A DNA stretch of 30,476 nt from a virus (taxonomy: Duplodnaviria > Caudoviricetes). The stretch covers positions 1-30,476 of IMG/VR virus record IMGVR_UViG_3300030330_001233; one strand, written 5' to 3'. Shown one piece after another: positions 27,501 to 30,476 of the stretch; within the stretch, counting starts at the first letter, position 1, and each line of letters opens with the position of its first letter. The notes beneath the pieces are model-generated. The model did not search any database. It saw only the letters and a program-made list of their open reading frames with translations, and had not been told where the DNA came from. Made by a program: the position numbers and the translations under genes.

Positions 27501-28820
27501 GTTAAATCATTTAAAGAAAATGGTAACACTTATGGAGCTGTAGTTAATTATTTATTAGAAAAAGGTTTTACGCCTACACAAATTGCTGACAGCGTAGCTA
27601 TAGCTTTTGGTGGTGCTAGTTTTTATAGAAACAGATTTAAAAAATATAAAAAACAAGGCATGACAGATGCTCAAGCTAATGAGCAGGCTATGTTAGACTT
27701 TCAAGAAATAGCAGAAGAAACACAGCAGTCATCAAGAGAAGATTTAGTTTCTAAACAACAGGCTAGTATATTAGGTCGTATCATATTAGCGTTTCAAAAT
27801 GTTACAATGCAATATGGTAGATTAACTAAGAAAGCTTTATCTGATTTAGTTAATCGTAGAGGTGATACTAAAACTAACATATCTAAAATATTATACTACG
27901 GCGCTGTACAAAATATAGTATTTGCTAGTTTACAATCAGCGTTAGCATTTATGATGTTTGGTGATGAAGAAGAAGAAGTAATAAAAGAAAAAGAAGTTAG
28001 AGTAGCTAATACTATTTTAGATTCATTTTTAAGAGGTACTGGTATATATGGAGCGTTAGCATCTACATTAAAAAACGTGGCTCTAGAATGGCACGTGCAA
28101 TCACAAAAAGCTAAAGAAGGTTTTAAAAAAGATGAAATAATGGATATAGCTCAAGAAGCTTTAAACTTATCTCCTCCAATTGGCGCTAAAGTTAGAAAGT
28201 TAATTCAAGCTTATAAAATGAAGGAGTTTGGTAGAACAGCCACAAGAGATAAATTAAAATATAGATTAGAAAACCCTAAGTTAGCTGCCGCTGCTAGCTT
28301 AATAGAAGGCGTTACAAACATACCACTAGCTAGATTATTAAATAAGGCTAACAACTTAGAGGAAGCTATAACTGGACAACACGAAACATGGAAACGTGTA
28401 GCTATGGCATTAGGTTGGAGCAGATGGGAATTAGGACTAAAAGATGAAGAAGTTGAAGCTGCTAGAGAAGAAGTTAAAGAAGAAAAGAAAGTCGAAAGAG
28501 AAATTAAGAGAGAAGAAAAGAAAGAAGAAAAAAGAAAAGAAAAAGAAGAGCAAAAGAAAAAAGAAGAAGAAGAGAAAAAGAAAAAAGGTATTAAAACAGT
28601 TAGATGTTCTGGTATAAGATCTAATGGTACTAGATGTAAGATAACAGGTGAGACTAATAAGAAAAAATTTTTATGTGTTCATCATGCTGAATTTAAAGAT
28701 GGTATGGATAGAGACGGTGATGGCAAGAAAGAATATAGGTGTACAGCTACTAAATCTAACGGCAAAAGATGTAAGAACAAAACAGAGAATAAAAACAAAA
28801 AGTGTTATGCTCACCAATAA
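18252..28820 (+). CDS. Giant multidomain (polyvalent) internal virion/ejection protein
   Basis: 3522 aa uninterrupted ORF with coiled coils, Gly/Ala hydrophobic segments (about 20790-21320), HEFIH (22188-22202), a sigma-like segment (about 22770-23130), HAD motifs DFDDT/LTAR/FADD, Walker A GGAGSGKS (25440-25463) and two C-terminal CCCH repeats. Confidence 0.75.
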   Translation: MEREFYIIKDENGTERKYAINSQEEKDDFFNNAKTNNKKVFDQSGNAIDFNNIPRPGKSQGTDQSQNNQQQNTESSSENTSSDSQLNNTDSKIEKSSENVVEIGDASKGKKTSMLSFLKNEIEKDNIRVEEAESKLKNIPEITKPIKNETELAEKLTNQYIEFGFEFAEANYLGQTVKMISPDGKHSIKIHLNKLDKSQKLIKDFFKKHYDPNAQDITPTKESVKNQVEKTRKESEKKTKTDIDVLASNFNPEQEKTDKENLLNQIKNKKYYTYNPSGETKEERVNEFNAYDAVPAHIEEYRKHKVTQYNALHKYKNFYDPNFDTSISDDDILMSPDFMKFVKKKHGIQGDLVTKRMGLDEIEKYNNNRKTQKDNEAVRLVSKEQFRKFLSEKKPPEKFDEQLWNRGLQGEGGYFKNPEYLKIENENKKRIGEYLSKYNQIQQNPNYSEEERLTLQNELKSEYDLLANSLHGNILQENKVENITKQETEETRNLTKATKKYLEKQNLKLGKELAEEGSVLLSEKNIIEAEFAPIQKELVKINNELKSTQPALNKLNKKYNINFKEDEEGNKIYNLDYINEGIEKINKKYKDLPKTEEELKALLDKKVDEVKAKYDLTDPKQVEKANKEVTEYQQNIQDQLNTANDEINTYTENELNKIRQYEKEKDLIISKHNNNLKLHKEKYNDYLSFEKKYNEINAKLDGFQDTKLVLDLSLAENRKRLTAFGDGEWWNIKSKEVLGNFAQNFIEAAGAIYDIGDRFTDNLVDIFVEDKDSAQFLKTVKAHMIPLGHYFDEDSMGAVTDKKTGLKISMYDEDKFNFDKSMALANERIKQPLSWEDLKTNGDGADWAEYFISHGVSQVPVLLTIASTGGYALPLLGLNSAGGKYKELIKEKNLYEQSGGLYGQDLSYGQITLNAGVTGLFEGGSEYFTGRIFSRTIKALAATPKPLVQRGFINHIASIFKPKNLLHVGGEWVSEGASEVLAQAGSNMADIYINGDKTVNVLDGWQENFVNGSAFAAMLQSPRIYANAIAPFTSNNKAVLGNIARSLNDVAVDISDLKNFGPKYRDLSKKEREKQIEELENKHVQLVTQYADITNTDIKRIDLLSSNEKKTLLNINKSNLQDQELINKTLNDKRLNDGTRDQRIKDIEKRINNRNNKKQNILDKYPPEVVNKNYKNQMQNMQQMANMVAKMGGPTISIQQLTNEKYQQAVKEIESKKQDMSKSEIEARTSELEALYDDYTNIIDNSKNKKDVEAAKKKRAEITNELGVGINILKSNSAGVMSPIIEDGKITGMNILINKDAVVDNGMFNTGAHEFIHATFANTLKGDPAMRQVLGGQLQNIMDGKGITFKPGKEAEFKAKISQYRQDQQGEEMMAVMSEMLIKGDISINNSVSEKIAGVFRRFSQNYLGYDIKFDSQQDIKNFLTDYSKSFKNNKPSKAIARMIAEGANGKIFKDARTPEQIKDESMFSLAVQKNLKSNPDLRQDIDSAVQNNDGSSKHLNNEDFKASPEYIEAFNKITESRLLDGLIQQGMTDKGLPGEALRDFTRKVKEELGIRYLKNFDLDKNDSLFGWLTGVSGGAGMSIIYRAKGDVMKQYVKEGRAQDVSIDKPISEAGTIADVIEGDINQETKDAFETEEIILTRETETEVQGTLVKKALNFSDQTITTIENLARDVDYSNKSLNYKSVKDNLTKKDGILYDALDAVSNEIGIDANRIIKNQDLNNKQRTAAQKYIVENADTLIKLLPEGQDQSGQATGVANTKLGQFYVKGERAKMKTGATAAGLATQTKRTDITKEEFLNVFGVNPDGTFQKGTKADGAIRALVTQVATTVTNQELRMSGNAGARLKDGMSDAMYSLTPELQDITTQVVKSFDTASYEIAREDLLKTPNGEKIANFLDQMLFENNIESPGGYNDQVSKYMPGLFKDSKTGKKKIYTGPKLSKKSDTRSDKGIWGKPIDDLAINTAATISTLHPSISTQEAIYAFGFKDSGAFKINGKQVVIDGDPAVTLRTPADKYYPALSNINRMTEQQALKERNDIIKSGLMTEAEFDAMENSSPMEMKGFIGKTITSIYSETDLNKKRDMLKEALPQIQKINDGNRAKMKYLSIKMKQAYDAGKLTMLDTYLINKFQTNIVEGTRALSSLHSMYLIEGKQIGQMKKPPKQVTRNKKRVPNPNYDSQLKEYYDSWKTCKEFDKVTKIAKKKFPKAKGQELVDKTISLMRPKNEHLVGSAITHARRAGYTLGDSNITPDNIANNHETFFGPVWITDLFDRKLEVDGKLIDNKVSLEGENRLIKFAGGNQANIYHVSGDNIADFKVKKELAPIYNDLQSKKIKNTDTLNSLIPESDGKLMGKDPVEVKGMSVFDFDDTLGITKSGVRVKMPNIDGLPKPKRKVIFLAGGAGSGKSNVVKKLNLEKQGFKIVNSDISLEWLKKNSGLPADMRDLTKAQRSTLGKLSAESRKIARRKMMKYKGEGNGVVVDGTGGSIKSMTNLVNEFKDKGYDISMLYVETSLNTALERNRARKERSLLDKIVQRNHEAVQNNKPAFKDMFGNRFMQVKTDNLEIGDPMPKNLVSKMDDFVSGYEKRRLDATEFAEQGETILEQGGEFDFSEFNQVVEGRPGPLLDKALQRAKKYGTKDMFVLTARPPKSAEAIQQFLKSQGLDIPLKNITGLANSTGDAKAEWMLGKFKEGYNDMYFADDAMQNVTAVKEVLDQLDIKSDVVQAKLKQSNRLVDNSDTMQSKIIEPSQNIDMDFNEMLERKKGMDAKKRISGAEARVRGRDIGRFDFYIPPSAEDFKGLLYYFLGKGKQGDADMKFFSDKLLKPFAAGIRTWNTYKQSMANDFRSLKKQSPNVVKILNDLVPGTNFTNDSAIRVYLWNKAGKQIPNISKNLEKELVRHISNNPALKSFAEALAKISRTNNNYTEPGQNWVIGSIARDLSETVNKVGRKQFLSEWINNKDIIFSPDNINKIEALYGTRYREALENILYRMENGGNRVMSNDRDTNFMVNWINGAVGSIMFFNMRSAILQTISAVNFVNFSDNNIFKATAAFANQPQFWKDFVMLFNSDQLKQRRAGLQTDVSASELVKSFKENGNTYGAVVNYLLEKGFTPTQIADSVAIAFGGASFYRNRFKKYKKQGMTDAQANEQAMLDFQEIAEETQQSSREDLVSKQQASILGRIILAFQNVTMQYGRLTKKALSDLVNRRGDTKTNISKILYYGAVQNIVFASLQSALAFMMFGDEEEEVIKEKEVRVANTILDSFLRGTGIYGALASTLKNVALEWHVQSQKAKEGFKKDEIMDIAQEALNLSPPIGAKVRKLIQAYKMKEFGRTATRDKLKYRLENPKLAAAASLIEGVTNIPLARLLNKANNLEEAITGQHETWKRVAMALGWSRWELGLKDEEVEAAREEVKEEKKVEREIKREEKKEEKRKEKEEQKKKEEEEKKKKGIKTVRCSGIRSNGTRCKITGETNKKKFLCVHHAEFKDGMDRDGDGKKEYRCTATKSNGKRCKNKTENKNKKCYAHQ
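18419..18447 (+). other. Candidate programmed -1 ribosomal frameshift signal
   Basis: In-phase G_GGA_AAG (18419-18425), a 6-nt spacer TCTCAA, then the hairpin GGGAC-AGATCA-GTCCC (18432-18447). Confidence 0.6.
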
Positions 28821-28823
28821 ACG

Positions 28824-28844
28824 TGTAATAATACTATAGTATAA
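28824..28844 (+). promoter_or_regulatory. Repeated intergenic motif, copy 3 (candidate phage late promoter)
   Basis: TGTAATAATACTATAGTATAA, which aligns without gaps to copies 1 and 2. Starts 38 nt upstream of ATG 28862. Confidence 0.55.
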
Positions 28845-28861
28845 CAAAAACAAAAAAAAAT

Positions 28862-29041
28862 ATGATAAACTGGATTAATTCCTGGAAAGCAGGTAATAAG
28901 AAAGAAATATATGAATTAACTTTTAGATTAGGAACGTGGACTATGTTTGAGCTTATGTTTTGCCCTTGCGCAAAGCGCGATAACAAAGTAATGTGTCCTA
29001 GATTTAGATTTATGATATTCAACTTTGGATTTGAAATATAA
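28862..29041 (+). CDS. Small hypothetical protein, 59 aa (absent from the ORF track)
   Basis: MINWINSWKAGNKKEIYELTFRLGTWTMFELMFCPCAKRDNKVMCPRFRFMIFNFGFEI. Has an A-rich leader, follows motif copy 3, and its TAA overlaps the next ATG (TAATG at 29039-29043). Confidence 0.75.
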   Translation: MINWINSWKAGNKKEIYELTFRLGTWTMFELMFCPCAKRDNKVMCPRFRFMIFNFGFEI

Positions 29042-29274
29042 TGAAGTTTATAGGTAGTAATCAATTAAAATATAAAAAAGCTATAAAAGATGGTAAGGTT
29101 GTCGATAAAAATAAAGACAACCTTATCACAGTTCCAAGAGGAACTACGGTTTCGTTTGGCGATATGACTGAATCAAGTGTTAAAGGTAAAACAGTTTACA
29201 GTATACAGCTTACAGTAGTTAAGGATTTTGGTAAAGGTAACGTTTCTAAAAAAACAACTTTAAATTTAATATAA
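29041..29274 (+). CDS. Hypothetical protein, 77 aa
   Basis: TAATG overlaps on both sides; same strand as the operon. Confidence 0.65.
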   Translation: MKFIGSNQLKYKKAIKDGKVVDKNKDNLITVPRGTTVSFGDMTESSVKGKTVYSIQLTVVKDFGKGNVSKKTTLNLI

Positions 29275-29588
29275 TGGCAGTATATAAAAATATAACATCA
29301 GCTTCTGCAGGAAATGTAGGTACAGTTTTAATAGCTAAAAATGGCAATGTTAGTAGCAATATAAGTAAAATTACAATATCAAATAATAGTGCTAATACTG
29401 CTACAGTTAGAGTTTATTTAGGAGAAGATAATTCTAATACAACTGATTTTTATTTTATAAAAAATGTAGAAATACCTACGGCTTCTACTTTGGTGTTATC
29501 AGATAATTTAAAATTTGACAAAAATAGATTTAATTTAATAATACACAACGCTGGCACGGGCCCAGACTTAACAGTAATAGTAAAATGA
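29274..29588 (+). CDS. Small beta-sandwich protein, possibly structural
   Basis: 104 aa with an all-beta pattern ('ISKITISNNSANTATVRVYL', 'FIKNVEIPTASTLVL'). ATGA overlap with the next gene. Confidence 0.6.
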   Translation: MAVYKNITSASAGNVGTVLIAKNGNVSSNISKITISNNSANTATVRVYLGEDNSNTTDFYFIKNVEIPTASTLVLSDNLKFDKNRFNLIIHNAGTGPDLTVIVK

Positions 29589-30193
29589 AATTAACAAAAG
29601 ACATAATAGAAAAAGCAGTAAAATGCAAAGGTTATAGATGGTTTGAGAACGGTGATTATAATCTTAATATAGTGGGTATTAGAAACTCTGATACAGGTAA
29701 CGAAGTAACAAATAAGTTTGACGATAAAATTACACTATCATTTATGTGTGATGGACAATGGGAGTTTTATTGTTATGATTGTACAACTGATCCCGGTAAG
29801 TATTGGGTGGAGAATATAATGAGAGTGGAAGGTGTGGCCGTCTTGAAGGAAGGGCAATATCCCGGTTCTCACAAAATTAGATTACATCAAGGTAGATATG
29901 AAGCATTAGGGCAATGCCGCCCTGTTACAGTATACCGTGATGCTAATAAAGATGACAAGTTTGATTTAAGTGATGACAATACACAAACAGGTTTATTTGG
30001 AATTAATATACATCGAGCTACTAAATGGGGTGGTAAAAAATCTAAACAGGTAGATAAATGGTCAGCTGGATGTCAAGTAATAGCAGCTAATGATGATTGG
30101 CATGAGTTCATGGATATATGTAGAGTTGCTAGAGATAAGTGGAGCAATAGCTTTACTTATACATTATTAGATAGTAAAGATTTAGATTTATAA
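29585..30193 (+). CDS. Putative endolysin with an L,D-transpeptidase (YkuD)-like His/Cys catalytic motif
   Basis: 202 aa containing 'GINIH-x16-SAGCQV', which resembles the YkuD H-x14-17-(S/T)-x-G-C signature, plus upstream 'TTDPG' and 'EGQY'. No signal peptide; late-region position. Confidence 0.6.
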   Translation: MKLTKDIIEKAVKCKGYRWFENGDYNLNIVGIRNSDTGNEVTNKFDDKITLSFMCDGQWEFYCYDCTTDPGKYWVENIMRVEGVAVLKEGQYPGSHKIRLHQGRYEALGQCRPVTVYRDANKDDKFDLSDDNTQTGLFGINIHRATKWGGKKSKQVDKWSAGCQVIAANDDWHEFMDICRVARDKWSNSFTYTLLDSKDLDL

Positions 30194-30194
30194 A

Positions 30195-30476
30195 ATGAAA
30201 CATTTATTAATATTATTTCTGTTAGTTAGTACTATAAGTACAGCTCAGATAAAAAACTTCTTTAAATATTCTACTTTCTATACATCGATGTCTATGAATA
30301 CATCATTTGTTGAAAGAGAAGATTATAGAGCTGTAAATAAAGGTTATGAAGATATAACTAAAATTAATGCGTACGATTACAATTTAACGTTAGGTTTGCG
30401 CAAAATAGCAAGATTTGATTATGAAACAAAAAGACAGACATGGTATACAGGTACTGAAAGAAACACTGCAGATAAC
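30195..30476 (+). CDS. Secreted protein with Sec signal peptide (partial, runs off the window)
   Basis: MKHLLILFLLVSTISTA|QIKNFFKYSTFYTSMSMNTSF...YDYNLTLGLRKIARFDYE..., open to the window end. Absent from the ORF track. Confidence 0.7.
   Translation, partial: MKHLLILFLLVSTISTAQIKNFFKYSTFYTSMSMNTSFVEREDYRAVNKGYEDITKINAYDYNLTLGLRKIARFDYETKRQTWYTGTERNTADN

Noticed and set aside
28707-28724. DRDGD resembling the DxDGD catalytic motif of two-barrel RNA polymerases (crAss-like virion RNAP)
   Set aside because: It lies in a short linker between two zinc-finger repeats at the extreme C-terminus with no room for a DPBB fold. The other DFD-containing motif, DFDDT, fits HAD motif I.
332-29064. Numerous short minus-strand ORFs in the track, and the + strand 28648..28839 ORF
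   Set aside because: All overlap long, coherent plus-strand genes and have shadow-frame composition with no recognisable motifs.
1-30476. Stop-codon reassignment as in some crAss-like phages
   Set aside because: Genes are long and intact under code 11, and TAA, TGA and TAG each end genes at sensible junctions.
1-30476. tRNAs, CRISPR arrays, introns, inteins, integrase or transposase
   Set aside because: Intergenic gaps are about 105 nt or less and are accounted for by terminators and leaders. I saw no cloverleaf, spaced repeats, intein ends or recombinase motifs by eye.

Overview
AT-rich, all plus-strand, densely packed late (virion) region of a tailed dsDNA phage. It is most likely a podovirus-type phage of Bacteroidota/Flavobacteriia with a crAss-like gene order (inferred from gene order, absence of Shine-Dalgarno sites and a Bacteroidota-style signal peptide). 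Order: terminase large subunit (3' part), portal, acidic scaffold, major capsid protein, conserved head-module protein, two tail ring/adaptor proteins, a 1942-aa tail stabilisation/nozzle protein, beta-rich tail proteins, two small ejection-type proteins, a 3522-aa multidomain protein, three small ORFs, an L,D-transpeptidase-like putative lysin and a truncated secreted protein. Most notable: (1) a candidate programmed -1 frameshift (G_GGA_AAG, 6-nt spacer, GGGAC/GTCCC hairpin) at codons 57-58 of the giant gene, giving an 87-aa alternative product ending YGIQFGKYFIGLTIK; (2) the giant protein carries an HEXXH metalloprotease motif, a sigma70 region 2/3-like segment, a HAD phosphatase with a P-loop kinase nested inside it, and two C-terminal CCCH zinc fingers; (3) a 21-bp motif TGTAAYWATAYWATAGTAWAA recurs at three module boundaries and is a candidate phage late promoter. 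All functional calls come from motif reading and synteny only; no searches were run.
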